NCBI GenBank assembly: GCA_963666985.2 | Contig: CAXXIA010000001.1 | Coordinates: 896,001-960,000 of the forward strand | DNA length: 64,000 nt | Direction: 5' to 3' | Source: Spirochaetia bacterium | Lineage (GTDB): Bacteria > Spirochaetota > Spirochaetia > DSM-2461 | Position numbers and translations under genes: made by a program | Shown: piece after piece, positions 1-10,555 of the stretch | Position numbering within the stretch: the first letter of the stretch is position 1 | Layout of the letters: the number at the start of each line of letters is the position of its first letter | The notes under the pieces: model-generated | What the model saw: only the letters and a program-made list of their open reading frames with translations | Told to the model about the DNA's origin: nothing | Database searches by the model: none

Positions 1-1
1 G

Positions 2-1204
2 GGCGGGATTCAGACCTATCCGGTCCGATCCTATAAAACCTTTGCCTCGAGCGTCCGCGGCTCCGATCCGGAAACCTGGCCGAAAACCAAAGCGCTCGGA
101 GGAAAGGTCCTCATGGTCGGCGCTTTCACGCTGGGGATGGCCGATGATGAAAAACCCACGCCGTTGGGACTTATGTTCGGCGTGGAAATCCATGCCAATG
201 CGCTGAATACCATTATCATGGACAACTTCATCCGAACTCTTCCGGACTGGGTGAACACACTGATTTTGCTGGGCTTGGTTCTGATCTTCGCGTTTATTAC
301 ATCAAGGATGAAGAGGATAGGGTGGTCGGTAGCCGTAATTCTGTTCTTTATCGCGGCTTCGTTTATGACGGTTACGCTGCTGTTTGAATATCAAAGTCTG
401 CTGATTGACTGGGGAACTCCCATTATCGCCATCCTTGTTACCTTTATAGCGGTGGTGATTTATCGTGTTTTGACCGCCGAAAGGGACCGCCGACAGATTA
501 AGAATGTATTCGGACAGTTCATATCTCCGTCAATCGTCGACGAACTCTCCGAGCATCCTCCCGAACTCGGCGGAGAAGATGTTGAGGTAACCGTTTTTTT
601 CTCGGACATCAGGGGGTTCTCGCAGATTTCAGAAAGGCTGAGTGCCCAGGAGCTCGTAAAGCTTTTAAACGATTATCTTACCGATATGACGGACAATCTT
701 GTTAATGATTATAGCGGCACATTGGATAAATATATCGGAGATGCCATTATGGCTTTCTGGGGGGCCCCGAAGCCGCAGGACGATCATGCGGTTCGGGCCT
801 GTAAGTGCGCCTTGATGCAAATTCGTCTTCTGGAAAAGCTGAATAACCGCTTAAAGGAAGAAGGCGGGAGTGCCGCGCAAACATTGGATATCGGCATCGG
901 ATTGAATTCGGGCGTATGCATGGTCGGCTACATGGGAAGTGAAGGCCGCAAGAATTATACCGCCATGGGTGATGTCGTGAACCTTGCCAGCCGCTTGGAA
1001 GGCGTGAATAAAACGTATTTAACGAGGATTATACTCAGCGAGGATACCCGGGAGAAAATCCGGCACGAACCTTTTATTTTACGTGAACTGGATGAAATCC
1101 GCGTTAAAGGACGTTTAAGGCCGGTCACCATTTATGAATTGATTGATTATGATGGTGATTTAACCGCCGGAATCTCTCATGATACCAATCCCGGCAGGAG
1201 TTAA
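2..1204 (+). CDS. CHASE2-domain class III adenylate/guanylate cyclase (5' end outside window)
   Basis: Frame open from base 2 (..GKVLMVG..GVEIHANALNTI, CHASE2 C-terminus); 3 TM helices; cyclase motifs FSDIRGFS, DKYIGDAIM, YTAMGDVVNLASRLE (K/T pair suggests ATP specificity). Confidence 0.9.
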   Translation, partial: GGIQTYPVRSYKTFASSVRGSDPETWPKTKALGGKVLMVGAFTLGMADDEKPTPLGLMFGVEIHANALNTIIMDNFIRTLPDWVNTLILLGLVLIFAFITSRMKRIGWSVAVILFFIAASFMTVTLLFEYQSLLIDWGTPIIAILVTFIAVVIYRVLTAERDRRQIKNVFGQFISPSIVDELSEHPPELGGEDVEVTVFFSDIRGFSQISERLSAQELVKLLNDYLTDMTDNLVNDYSGTLDKYIGDAIMAFWGAPKPQDDHAVRACKCALMQIRLLEKLNNRLKEEGGSAAQTLDIGIGLNSGVCMVGYMGSEGRKNYTAMGDVVNLASRLEGVNKTYLTRIILSEDTREKIRHEPFILRELDEIRVKGRLRPVTIYELIDYDGDLTAGISHDTNPGRS

Positions 1205-1218
1205 CTGAGGTTGATTTA

Positions 1219-2094
1219 TTGAATCGGATGATTCCGAAACCCCATATATGGGGTTTGTATCTTCTCTTATGCCTTTTGATTATTTTTTCTCTCATCGGAT
1301 GCGGACTGCCCGATTATGTGGCGCTTGAGGCGCCTGATGCCTATAGCGGAACTCTTCCTTCCACGGTGGTGGCGTTCACCGAGCCGTCCGATTCGAACAT
1401 TGTCGGATACGCTCTTTTTTATAAAATTTATGCCGGTTCGGATGATTTTGATGACGAAGACGATCCTGATTGGTTTGACGAAACCTCCAGTTATTATTCC
1501 GGAGATACCGAAATCTCTACCGGGGATACGGTTCCGAATAAACGAGGTTTTTTCAAAGTCGGAGAACGCGGTGACGATTCGGATACGATGTGGACGAGTT
1601 ATCTGATACCGGCTCAGGGTGCTGGAACAACGATTTATATTGATTTTGACATTTCAGAGACAGGGACTACTTATAGTCGGTTAAGAGATCCGCCGGTTGT
1701 TGGTGTTGGTTGGGATGGTACGCACCCAACCGCGACAATAATGGAACTTGCCAGGGGATTTAGGGACCCGACAAGCAGCAGTGATACGCTGTTGGAATTC
1801 GTCGCCGATTGGGATTTCGATGATGGAAGTCCCGATGATGATTATAATGACGGGGATCTGCGGCGCGGATATTCCAAGATGAAATATCAGCCGGGAACGA
1901 CACTATCAGATGTTGAAGCTTGTGGAACTGCGCTATACGATTCACCATCAGCTGATGATATTTATATAGGATTCGTTGTGTATTCCTTCGGCAGAGATCC
2001 CAGCATTTTGACGGCCTTGGAAAGTAAACCTGTTTATCTCGGACGAATCCTTTATAGCCCTGTAGATGATGCCGACAGAGTAACCACCAGATAA
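1219..2094 (+). CDS. Acidic lipoprotein of unknown function
   Basis: 291-aa ORF, TTG start after GAGG; signal peptide with lipobox LIGC; D/S/T/G-rich. Confidence 0.7.
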   Translation: MNRMIPKPHIWGLYLLLCLLIIFSLIGCGLPDYVALEAPDAYSGTLPSTVVAFTEPSDSNIVGYALFYKIYAGSDDFDDEDDPDWFDETSSYYSGDTEISTGDTVPNKRGFFKVGERGDDSDTMWTSYLIPAQGAGTTIYIDFDISETGTTYSRLRDPPVVGVGWDGTHPTATIMELARGFRDPTSSSDTLLEFVADWDFDDGSPDDDYNDGDLRRGYSKMKYQPGTTLSDVEACGTALYDSPSADDIYIGFVVYSFGRDPSILTALESKPVYLGRILYSPVDDADRVTTR

Positions 2095-2198
2095 ACACAT
2101 TGTTCGATAAGCGTTCTCATGATATAAAGAATTCTTAAGGGAATGGGATAAAAAATGTTCCTTTTTTTTGTCCTTAATTGCCGAAAATAGGAAGCACC

Positions 2199-2477
2199 AT
2201 GAGAGAAGCCGTACTGATTTTTGTGTATATTGTTTTTGCCTTTATTCCTGTAATTTTGATTAAATGGCGTCATCCGGAAACATCACACAGATTTTTTTGG
2301 ATGACTTGGTTTGTCGGTTTAACCGGTGCTTTCTTCGGCGGTGCTCTTGGGATTGTTCTTATTGCCAAAACACATTTGGAATTCCGGTTTGTCGTGATGG
2401 TTTTACCGGCTTTTATCGGATCCTGCCTGTTATGTTATCTTTTTCAGGTGCTCAGGCGAATCCCGGGGAATTGGTAG
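2199..2477 (+). CDS. Small membrane protein, GlsB/YeaQ/YmgE-like (tentative)
   Basis: 3 hydrophobic segments, GLTGAFFGGALG and FIGSCLL patterns; ATG 2199 after AGGA. Confidence 0.55.
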   Translation: MREAVLIFVYIVFAFIPVILIKWRHPETSHRFFWMTWFVGLTGAFFGGALGIVLIAKTHLEFRFVVMVLPAFIGSCLLCYLFQVLRRIPGNW

Positions 2478-2662
2478 ACAGTATTAATTGGTCGGCCGGC
2501 CCGTTCGCAAGCAAAACGGTTCATGCAGGCCCAAGCGGAAAAATATTAAATACGCACCCTACTTCTGATAATATATATTCTGTCTACCTGTAAAATACTG
2601 CAATTTTTACCTCTTGAAGATCGATTATGTGATTTGAGGCCTTCCGTTCCGTTTTCCGCTCA

Positions 2663-2691
2663 TTGAACCCTTAAGGTCATCTCGATAGCAT
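2663..2691 (+). promoter_or_regulatory. Sigma70-type promoter of mazG
   Basis: TTGAAC-17-TAGCAT; ATG 2701 lies 9 nt downstream. Confidence 0.45.
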
Positions 2692-2700
2692 ATGGAAAGA

Positions 2701-3498
2701 ATGAGCAAACAAACACAACATACGAGCGCGGAACTCTTTACGGAGTTTCTTGATATCTTGGCACTCTTACGGAGTCCGGACGGATGTCCTTGGGACAGAG
2801 AACAGACAACAATTTCCATGCGCGGATGTCTGCTGGAAGAAACCTATGAAGCAATTGAAGCCATAGATGAAGAAGATGATGAGCATCTTCGAGAAGAACT
2901 CGGCGATGTTTTTCTTATTATATGCATGCTTGCGAGAATCGAGGAAGAAAACAATTCGTTTACGATCGCCGATGTTATTCAGGAAATTACCGCCAAGCTG
3001 ATACGGCGCCATCCGCATGTTTTCGGCGATGAGAAAGTGAAAGACGCGGATGAAGTTCTTGAAAACTGGGAGCGGATAAAAGTTGATATTGAAGGCCGGA
3101 AGAAGTCCGAATCGGTCCTTGATGGTGTTCCCCGCAGCTTTCCCCCGCTGGAACGGTCCTGGAAACTTCAAAAAAAGGCCGCTAAGAACGGTTTTGATTG
3201 GAAAAATGCCGAAGGCCCAAAACAAAAAATATTCGAAGAGTTGAAGGAAATTGACGAGGCCTTAAGAAACTCTGAAAAAACGAAACTGGAAGAGGAAGTC
3301 GGCGATCTTTTATTCTCCGTAGTCAATTATGCCAGGCATCTCGGCGTGGAACCCTCCCTTGCGCTTGCGCGTACAAACGTGAAATTTGAGAAACGATTTC
3401 GGGATGTTGAAGAAAACATGCTGCTGGACGGGGTTGAAATGAAGAAAGAAAATCTTGAAATCATGGACCGGTATTGGGAAAAAGCAAAACTCGGATAA
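2701..3498 (+). CDS. mazG: Nucleoside triphosphate pyrophosphohydrolase MazG
   Basis: DGCPWDREQT, EETYE, EELGD, RRHPHVFG; second domain EELKE/EEVGDLLF. Confidence 0.95.
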   Translation: MSKQTQHTSAELFTEFLDILALLRSPDGCPWDREQTTISMRGCLLEETYEAIEAIDEEDDEHLREELGDVFLIICMLARIEEENNSFTIADVIQEITAKLIRRHPHVFGDEKVKDADEVLENWERIKVDIEGRKKSESVLDGVPRSFPPLERSWKLQKKAAKNGFDWKNAEGPKQKIFEELKEIDEALRNSEKTKLEEEVGDLLFSVVNYARHLGVEPSLALARTNVKFEKRFRDVEENMLLDGVEMKKENLEIMDRYWEKAKLG

Positions 3499-3539
3499 TA
3501 AGATTGCCACCCTTCAGTCTGTCGTTTTTTTTCGAATAA

Positions 3540-4865
3540 TCAGCGATTCCGATATCTGCGGTAATGGATGGACAGGAGTATCCCAACGGACATTAACGCC
3601 ATCCATAAAGACGAACCACCGTATGAGAGGAAAAAGAGCGGAATCCCGGTAATCGGCATAACTCCAATCGCCATGCCGATGTTTTGAATTACATGGAACC
3701 CAATCATTGCGGCGATGCCGACGGCTATATAGGTGCCGAAGCGGTCTTGGGCGGTATAGGCAATATAGAGTGATCTAAAAATGATTATTGAGAAAAGACC
3801 GAAAACTATCAGGCTTCCGAGAAATCCCGTTTCTTCGGCGAGAATGGAAAAAATGAAATCCGTACTCTGTTCCGGCAGATAACGGTAATGTGACTGCGTT
3901 CCCTGAAGGAACCCTTTCCCGAGAACTCCGCCGGAGCCCACGGCCGTTACCGATTGGATGATATGCCAGCCGGCTCCTCTTGGGTCTATTTGAGGATCCA
4001 GAAAAATAACAAGACGCATCATCTGGTACCCTTTCAGCAAACGGGTCGCCCCCGCGATTCCGATATAGGAAACCGAAGCGGTACCGAAAATGTAAAGAAG
4101 AGCCAAGTAAATCTTTTTTTTGAAGAGGAGCCATCCTCCACCCGCAAGCAGGCATAATCCGAATAAAGACGGAATTGAGATTCTTACGAGTGATTTTTCG
4201 GTAAAGAGCAGGAAGAATCCCGCGGGGGTTACGGCGATATATTCACTCCAGGCATATCCGAGCACGCCTACAACGACTAATGTTCCCACCGCGATCGGGA
4301 ATAATAGGATGCGCCAGTCAATCCCCGCGGCAAAAGCCATAGCCATGAGAATGGGAATAAACACAAAAGCCGTTCCTAAATCAGGCTGAATAAGAATCAA
4401 AAGGATCGGCAGGGCCGTTATTCCGGCGGCAACAAGCCATATTTGAAGAGTATCCTGTCCCCTTCCCCGCTCGTCGAACCACCAGGCGAGCAGAAGAATC
4501 AGAGAAAGTTTGGCGAATTCAGACGGCTGAATACCGATTCGGCCGAAACCAAGCCAAGCCTTGGCGCCCCTGATATATTTTCCAATAACCAGAACCAGAA
4601 CCAAAAGAGCAAGCGTGCCCAGGTAGATCGCTATGGACCAGTTTTTCCATCGCCCGTAGTCGATGAACGCAAAAGCAGTCATTAAACCAAGCCCGCCCGC
4701 CGACCAGATGATTTGGCGAATCCATTCTTCGGAAACCTGAATCCCTTCCGAGGTCATTCCGCTGGAATAGATAAAGGCAATCCCCAAGGCTATAAGTCCG
4801 AGAACACACAGAATAAGAACAATATCCAAGCGGAGGAAGGTCGTCGGTGAATCATTCCTTTTCAT
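3540..4865 (-). CDS. rodA: Rod shape-determining protein RodA (SEDS glycosyltransferase)
   Basis: IQPSEFAK, QPDLGT, LPEQSTDFIF, GIPLFFLSYGGSS; follows PBP2. Confidence 0.95.
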   Translation of the reverse strand: MKRNDSPTTFLRLDIVLILCVLGLIALGIAFIYSSGMTSEGIQVSEEWIRQIIWSAGGLGLMTAFAFIDYGRWKNWSIAIYLGTLALLVLVLVIGKYIRGAKAWLGFGRIGIQPSEFAKLSLILLLAWWFDERGRGQDTLQIWLVAAGITALPILLILIQPDLGTAFVFIPILMAMAFAAGIDWRILLFPIAVGTLVVVGVLGYAWSEYIAVTPAGFFLLFTEKSLVRISIPSLFGLCLLAGGGWLLFKKKIYLALLYIFGTASVSYIGIAGATRLLKGYQMMRLVIFLDPQIDPRGAGWHIIQSVTAVGSGGVLGKGFLQGTQSHYRYLPEQSTDFIFSILAEETGFLGSLIVFGLFSIIIFRSLYIAYTAQDRFGTYIAVGIAAMIGFHVIQNIGMAIGVMPITGIPLFFLSYGGSSLWMALMSVGILLSIHYRRYRNR

Positions 4866-6778
4866 TCATCAACCTCATCGGGCTCGGGAATATAGGGCTC
4901 GCCGGGTTTCGGCAGATCTTTATCATCCCAGCTCCACCATACCCTGCGCCGGCGCCACTCTTCGATGACCTCTTCGTAAGTCTTATGGCCGAAGATGCCT
5001 TCAAAGACGATATCGGTGGCCTTGGGCGCCCACCAATCATAGGAATCCGATGCTTCAATCATGGTGACAACAACAACTTGTTCATCCGGATTATCCGTTT
5101 TATAGGGACCGAACGCAACGAACCAATCATGCCACCGGTCGTCAAAGCCGATTTCGCCCGTTCCGGTTTTTCCGGCTACCTCAACCGATTTGGTATAAAC
5201 GGCCCATTCGCCTGTTCCCTCGGTAATGACTCCTCGCATGGCTTCTCTGATGAAATCGTAATCTTCAGGTTCAAGCAAATCGATGACGCGAAGAACCTCG
5301 GGTTCGGTTTTTTCGACAACCACGTTCATTCCCGGTCTTCTGACTTCTTTTAAGAGTCGCGGCTTGTAAATGATTCCTCCGTTCACAATCGCCGCAACGG
5401 CATTGGCCATTTGAATGGGCGTTACCGCTAAAAATCCTTGTCCGATACAGGAATTGAGCGTGTCGCCGGGAGTCCAGGGAGTATGGTAGAGTTCTTCTTT
5501 CCAGCTTTTCGTGGGAACGATGCCTTCAACTTCTCCGTCAAGCTCGATGCCCGTTAAAGAACCCAGACCGAAGGATTTTGCATATTTGGATATGGCGTCA
5601 ATGCCCAGATATTCCACGCCTACCGTTCCAAAGTAAATGTTGCACGATTGTTCTAAGGCTTTTTTGAGATTCACGGGACCGTGGCCGCTATGCTTCCAGC
5701 ACCAGAACTGCCTGTTTCCTAAGGTCATCACTCCTCGGCAATCAACGGTCATTTCCGGATCAACGGCCTGTTCGCCCAAAAGAGCCGCACTCATAATAAT
5801 CTTGAATGTCGACGCGGGAGCGTAGGAAGACTGTACCGCCCTGTTGAGAAAAGGAAAATCCGGATTGAGGCTTAAGGTATTAAAATTCCCCGTTCCCGGC
5901 TGATTAAAGCGGTTCGGGTCAAAGGAGGGATACGACACCATGGCCAGGATCTCTCCCGTGGAAGGCTTCAGGACAACCAGAGCTCCTTTTCGCGGACCAA
6001 GCGCTTTTTCCGCCAATTCCTGGATATGCCGATCGATTGTAAGAACAACATCCAGCCCGTTTTCAGGAGGGATGATTTCCACATCATCTCCCTGATGACG
6101 TCCCTTGACATCAACGGTTCTGTATAAAACGCCATCCTTCCCTCTGAGAATGCCGTCAAAAGCTTTTTCAATTCCGCTTTTGCCGAGACTGGCCGTATTC
6201 GCGTAACCCCGGTTGTAAAGGATTTGAAGTTCTTCAACGGTAATATTTCCGACATAGCCGAGGACATGGGATATGGAACCGACGTTGTTGTACCAGCGGT
6301 AGGGTTTGCCGGTCCATTCGACTCCCGGATAGCGTTCCACCGACTCCGCGATGGAAACAACGGTTTTATAGGGCACTCCGTCCGCGACTTCGACGGGTTT
6401 CCAGGAGTTATGCCAATTCCCCGGGATTTTTACACGGATTTCGGATGCATCCATGCCCAGAACCGACGCCAGCCTTCGAGATACTTCGTCCGGATTGGAA
6501 GGCGGGATTTCCGCGGGAATAATTCGGATGGCATAGGAGTCCAGATTGATGGCCAGCGGATTATCGGCATTGCGATCCCAAATCATTCCCCGCTGAGCTA
6601 AAAGAGGTTCGGATCGGCGGGAAACGGCTTCCGCCCTTCCCTCCCAAATGAGATTTTCCACGACCTGCAGATTAAACAGATAAAGTGTAAAACCAAGGAA
6701 TACGCCGAGAATGATACCGCCGAGGATGATTAACCTGATCCGTATTCCCCTATTGCTCGGATCTTCAGTTTGACTCAT
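4862..6778 (-). CDS. mrdA: Penicillin-binding protein 2
   Basis: RGMIWDRN; SxxK (STFK), SCN and KTG motifs; in mre operon. Confidence 0.95.
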   Translation of the reverse strand: MSQTEDPSNRGIRIRLIILGGIILGVFLGFTLYLFNLQVVENLIWEGRAEAVSRRSEPLLAQRGMIWDRNADNPLAINLDSYAIRIIPAEIPPSNPDEVSRRLASVLGMDASEIRVKIPGNWHNSWKPVEVADGVPYKTVVSIAESVERYPGVEWTGKPYRWYNNVGSISHVLGYVGNITVEELQILYNRGYANTASLGKSGIEKAFDGILRGKDGVLYRTVDVKGRHQGDDVEIIPPENGLDVVLTIDRHIQELAEKALGPRKGALVVLKPSTGEILAMVSYPSFDPNRFNQPGTGNFNTLSLNPDFPFLNRAVQSSYAPASTFKIIMSAALLGEQAVDPEMTVDCRGVMTLGNRQFWCWKHSGHGPVNLKKALEQSCNIYFGTVGVEYLGIDAISKYAKSFGLGSLTGIELDGEVEGIVPTKSWKEELYHTPWTPGDTLNSCIGQGFLAVTPIQMANAVAAIVNGGIIYKPRLLKEVRRPGMNVVVEKTEPEVLRVIDLLEPEDYDFIREAMRGVITEGTGEWAVYTKSVEVAGKTGTGEIGFDDRWHDWFVAFGPYKTDNPDEQVVVVTMIEASDSYDWWAPKATDIVFEGIFGHKTYEEVIEEWRRRRVWWSWDDKDLPKPGEPYIPEPDEVDE

Positions 6779-7287
6779 TGAAAACCGCTCCGGCGACCTT
6801 CGGTTATCCTTGCGATAAATAACACCGTAAAGAAGATCAGCGGAGCAAGGACGGCATTAAAGAGAATCTCCCAAACGGTGGCGAAGGATAGATACCGTAC
6901 GGCTCCGGAATTCAGTCCGAACACCAGAGCCAGCAGCAGAGATCCTCCGTATTTCAGAATCGTCGCGACAACGGCGGCGAGGATTGGAAGGAAAAAAGGG
7001 CCCGGTGAAATATTGTCTTGAAGACGGCCGAATAAATATCCGATCAGCGTATAAGTAAATGCATGGAAGCCGAGCGGCGCCAACCCCATGGCGTCCAGGC
7101 AAATGCCGATAAAAAAACCCGCGATTTCACCTGTCATGGAGCCGTAGCGCCATGCTGAGGCAATAAGGATGAGAAGAGAAAGATCGGGAATCGCCGAGAT
7201 AGGGATGATTTTCGATATAAGCGTGGATTGGAGAATGGCGAAGAGAATCCCCGCCAATGCGGTTGCGGCCGTATTCGCAATCATCAT
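6775..7287 (-). CDS. mreD: Rod shape-determining protein MreD
   Basis: Hydrophobic 170 aa, IPDLSLL, GICLD..LG; between mreC and mrdA. Confidence 0.85.
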   Translation of the reverse strand: MMIANTAATALAGILFAILQSTLISKIIPISAIPDLSLLILIASAWRYGSMTGEIAGFFIGICLDAMGLAPLGFHAFTYTLIGYLFGRLQDNISPGPFFLPILAAVVATILKYGGSLLLALVFGLNSGAVRYLSFATVWEILFNAVLAPLIFFTVLFIARITEGRRSGFQ

Positions 7288-8120
7288 TTTTCCTCCAGGA
7301 GGAAAACGTATTCGGTTTTTTTAACGTCAATTATGGGAGTGAGAATCAGTTCCAGAGTCGCGGAATATTCGCGCGAATGGATTTCCCGTATCCTTCCTAT
7401 AAAGAGTCCCGGCGGATAGAGCGAATTCATTCCGGAGGTAACGATCAGATCGTTTACGCAGACAACATCCTGGGCCGTCTTGCGGACGTATTTCATCAGA
7501 AGTTCGCCCTCGTCGTTCCCCCGTCCTTCAACCAATCCTTCATAACGGGTTTTATCCAGCCTGGCCGCGACATAATGATCCGGGTCTACCAGCGGACGGA
7601 CTTGCGAAGAAGAGGTTCCGACGGTCTCCACTTTTCCAAGGAGTCCGAAGAAACCGTCTTGAAACGCCGTTACGACCATGCCGATTCGAACGCCGTCGCG
7701 TGTACCTTTGTCTATGGTAACGGAAGCAAAAAGATTTGAAGGATCTCCCGCAATAACCCTGGCGGGAATATGATCGTATTCCAAAGAAGCGGAGTACCCG
7801 AGCTGGCGCTTCAGATTTTCGTTTTCTCTCCGCAGTTCAACAACCTCGCGCTCAAGGCCCTGGTAATCACCAAGCCGCTCAAGAACGGATTCATACTGGC
7901 TTCTCATTTCGCGAAGGCGTCTGAGGGAGCCGAAACCGTTTTTGATGTGTTCTGTCGTTTGGCCGAACATACGCTGAACGGAGACTACGAACCGCGGCCC
8001 CCATTCTTTTCCGGAACGGTCTTGAAAGGCGCCGGAAAAGATAATGAGCAGTATGGAGATAATGAGAAGGACCGCCAGGATTGCTTCGGGACGGACGCCT
8101 TGGTCGTCTCTCTCCCTCAT
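7284..8120 (-). CDS. mreC: Rod shape-determining protein MreC
   Basis: TM + coiled coil (LRRENENLKRQL), ARVIAGD, IDKG..DGV, TSG..YPPG. Confidence 0.93.
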   Translation of the reverse strand: MRERDDQGVRPEAILAVLLIISILLIIFSGAFQDRSGKEWGPRFVVSVQRMFGQTTEHIKNGFGSLRRLREMRSQYESVLERLGDYQGLEREVVELRRENENLKRQLGYSASLEYDHIPARVIAGDPSNLFASVTIDKGTRDGVRIGMVVTAFQDGFFGLLGKVETVGTSSSQVRPLVDPDHYVAARLDKTRYEGLVEGRGNDEGELLMKYVRKTAQDVVCVNDLIVTSGMNSLYPPGLFIGRIREIHSREYSATLELILTPIIDVKKTEYVFLLEEK

Positions 8121-8127
8121 TGATTCC

Positions 8128-9177
8128 TTAGCCGCTCAAGGCGTCATAAAGCGCCCTGTTGTCGTTGTGTCCTTTCGCGAAATCGAAATACAGCCCGGCG
8201 CCGATCGCCACGCAAAGAAGAGGATCCTCGGCGAGAATAACAGGAACACCCGTCTCCTTGGAAAGGAGCTTGGGCAGTCCCTTGAGCATGGATCCGCCGC
8301 CGGTCATGACAATTCCTCTCTCGACGATATCCGCCGCAAGTTCGGGAGGTGTTTGCCCCAGGGTACGCTTCACTTCTTCTATAACCGCGTTAATCGGTTC
8401 CTGAAGGGCTTCACGAACTTCAACGGAGTCTATTTCCAAACGTCTGGGCAGACCGGTTATGGCATCGGTTCCTTTTATTTCCATCTTGTCGATGGTTTTT
8501 TCCGGACTGGCGTTGCCGATTTTCATTTTCAGCTGTTCGGCCGTCTGCTCGCCGATTATCAGGTTGTGAACCGTTCTGACGTGTTTGATGATGGCCTGAT
8601 CAAAAGCATCCCCGCCAAGTCTGATGGCGTTGGTAACCACCATGCCGCCGAGTGAGATAACTGAAATTTCGGTTGTGCCGCCGCCGATATCCACCACCAT
8701 GTGTCCGGCGGGTTCAAATATCGGAATCTCGGCGCCAATGGCCGCAGCCAATGATTCTTCGATTATTTTTACCTCGCGGGCGCCCGCTTTATAGGCGGCC
8801 TCTTCAACGGCGCGGCGCTCCACTTCCGTAATGCAGGAGGGAACACCCATAACCATGCGGGGTTTGATGATCCATCGTTTGCTCAGAACTTTACTGATGA
8901 AATAACGGATCATTTTTTCAGTCGTTTCCAAATCGGCGATAACACCGTCGCGCAAAGGCCTGATGGCAATTATGTCACCGGGAGTTTTCCAAAGCATTCT
9001 TTTGGCGTCTTGTCCTACAGCCACGACCTTCTTGGTTCCGCGTTCCACGGCAACGACCGACGGCTCGCTGCTGACGACACCGCGTCCGCGAACGTAAATA
9101 AGCGTGTTGCAGGTTCCGAGGTCGATCCCAATATCAGCTGTTAGGCCACCGAAAAGCTTTTTACGGTCGCTCATCAT
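8128..9177 (-). CDS. mreB: Actin-like protein MreB
   Basis: [39 protein letters not shown]. Confidence 0.97.
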   Translation of the reverse strand: MMSDRKKLFGGLTADIGIDLGTCNTLIYVRGRGVVSSEPSVVAVERGTKKVVAVGQDAKRMLWKTPGDIIAIRPLRDGVIADLETTEKMIRYFISKVLSKRWIIKPRMVMGVPSCITEVERRAVEEAAYKAGAREVKIIEESLAAAIGAEIPIFEPAGHMVVDIGGGTTEISVISLGGMVVTNAIRLGGDAFDQAIIKHVRTVHNLIIGEQTAEQLKMKIGNASPEKTIDKMEIKGTDAITGLPRRLEIDSVEVREALQEPINAVIEEVKRTLGQTPPELAADIVERGIVMTGGGSMLKGLPKLLSKETGVPVILAEDPLLCVAIGAGLYFDFAKGHNDNRALYDALSG

Positions 9178-9186
9178 GCCTCCATT

Positions 9187-10119
9187 TTAGTCATATAGGC
9201 GCCTGAGTGCTCCAACATGAGCGGGATTTATCCTCGTTACGGCAAACCATGTTTTCCGGGCCTCTTTTTCAAAGCCCAGCTCATGGTAAGTTTCTGCGAG
9301 GAGGAACTGATAATCGGCATTACCAGGTTCCATTCCCACGAGTTTTTCCAGAACCTCTCTCGCCATTATATAATTACCGACATCATAGTAGAGTTGACCC
9401 AGTTGTGATAGCCCTCTTTTTTCCAGGCTTTCATCCTTGGTTCCATCGATGGCACGGCGGTAGTAACCCGCGGCGGTATTATATTCCCCGAGTTTGAACG
9501 CCTCTTCGCCGAGAGTAATCAGCAGTCTGTCCGTCGGATGGGATTCCGCGGCAAGTTCATACCATTCCAAGGCTTGCTGCAAATCGCCGATTGCGGAATA
9601 GGCTCGGCCGAGATACTCATAGCTATCCTCGGCTTCATATCCTTTTTCCAAAGACGAGCTGAGATATTCAACGGAAAGATCCGCCCAGTACGGCCCTTTA
9701 AACAAATAGGCTTTCCCCAAGACATAATCGACGCGTTCCGGATGAGGTGTGTCTTTCCGTGCCCTCAGACGCCTCAAATGCACAATCGATTTATCAAGAT
9801 CCGCGAGTCTTTCTTCCGCGGAGATTTTGGAAACCGCAAGAAAAAAACGGGAATATCCGGCATAAAGAAGGGCGTCTCTGTCCATGGGACTGATCCGAAG
9901 ACGTTCTTCCGCGATTTGGGCCACGGCGGCGTATTCACCGCGGTTCCAAAGATCAAGAATGGAAACTTCTTCCTTTGTATTCCCTACTCTTTCATGAAAT
10001 AAAGACGCTCCGCGGTGCAAAGAGATGAACACGATTCCGCCGAGCGCAAGAAGCACGGCAAATGCCGAAATGAGACGGAATAATCTTGTGTTTTTCTTTC
10101 CCGAAAAGCGGTTCTTCAT
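9187..10119 (-). CDS. Membrane-anchored tetratricopeptide repeat protein
   Basis: N-terminal TM; repeated TPR patterns (YLGRAY..GD..A, LGEEAF..GEY, LGQLYY..GNY, LAETY). Confidence 0.85.
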   Translation of the reverse strand: MKNRFSGKKNTRLFRLISAFAVLLALGGIVFISLHRGASLFHERVGNTKEEVSILDLWNRGEYAAVAQIAEERLRISPMDRDALLYAGYSRFFLAVSKISAEERLADLDKSIVHLRRLRARKDTPHPERVDYVLGKAYLFKGPYWADLSVEYLSSSLEKGYEAEDSYEYLGRAYSAIGDLQQALEWYELAAESHPTDRLLITLGEEAFKLGEYNTAAGYYRRAIDGTKDESLEKRGLSQLGQLYYDVGNYIMAREVLEKLVGMEPGNADYQFLLAETYHELGFEKEARKTWFAVTRINPAHVGALRRLYD

Positions 10120-10127
10120 AAAAAAAT

Positions 10128-10474
10128 ACGGGCCGGTAAGCCGAGTTCTGTTTTAGGCCGCCATCTATCTTGTCGCGGTGTTGCCGCCACGATCGTAAGC
10201 AGTCTACCCGCGGACTTAAGGACGGGGCGCCCATCCGCTGCTTGACCTTGCTCCTGATGAGGTTTACCTCGCACCTTGCGTTGCCGAAAGGCCGGTGAGC
10301 TCTTACCTCACCTTTTCACCCTTACCTCCGGAAAATCCGGCGGCGGTTTTTTTTCTGCGGCACTGGCTGTCGGGAATCCGATTTTCATCCGATTCCCGCC
10401 CGGGCGTTACCCGGCATCATCCCCTGCGGAGCCCGGACTTTCCTCTGAGGTTACTCAGCGGCGGCCCGGCCCGT
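10128..10474 (-). ncRNA. rnpB: RNase P RNA (bacterial type A)
   Basis: Minus strand has GAGGAAAGTCCGGGCTCC, AGTGCCGCAGAAA, GGGTGAAAAGGTGAGGTAAGAGC and ACAGAACTCGGCTTA; P1 ACGGGCCGG/CCGGCCCGT. Confidence 0.97.
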
Positions 10475-10482
10475 GTGTTTTC

Positions 10483-10511
10483 ATTCTATCCTATCGGATT
10501 GTCCGTGTCAG
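10483..10511 (-). promoter_or_regulatory. Sigma70 promoter of rnpB
   Basis: CTGACA-17-TAGAAT, 8 nt before the P1 5' end. Confidence 0.65.
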
Positions 10512-10555
10512 GACGACTTTTTCCGATAAAAACAAGGTTGAATCCGAAAGGTCGG

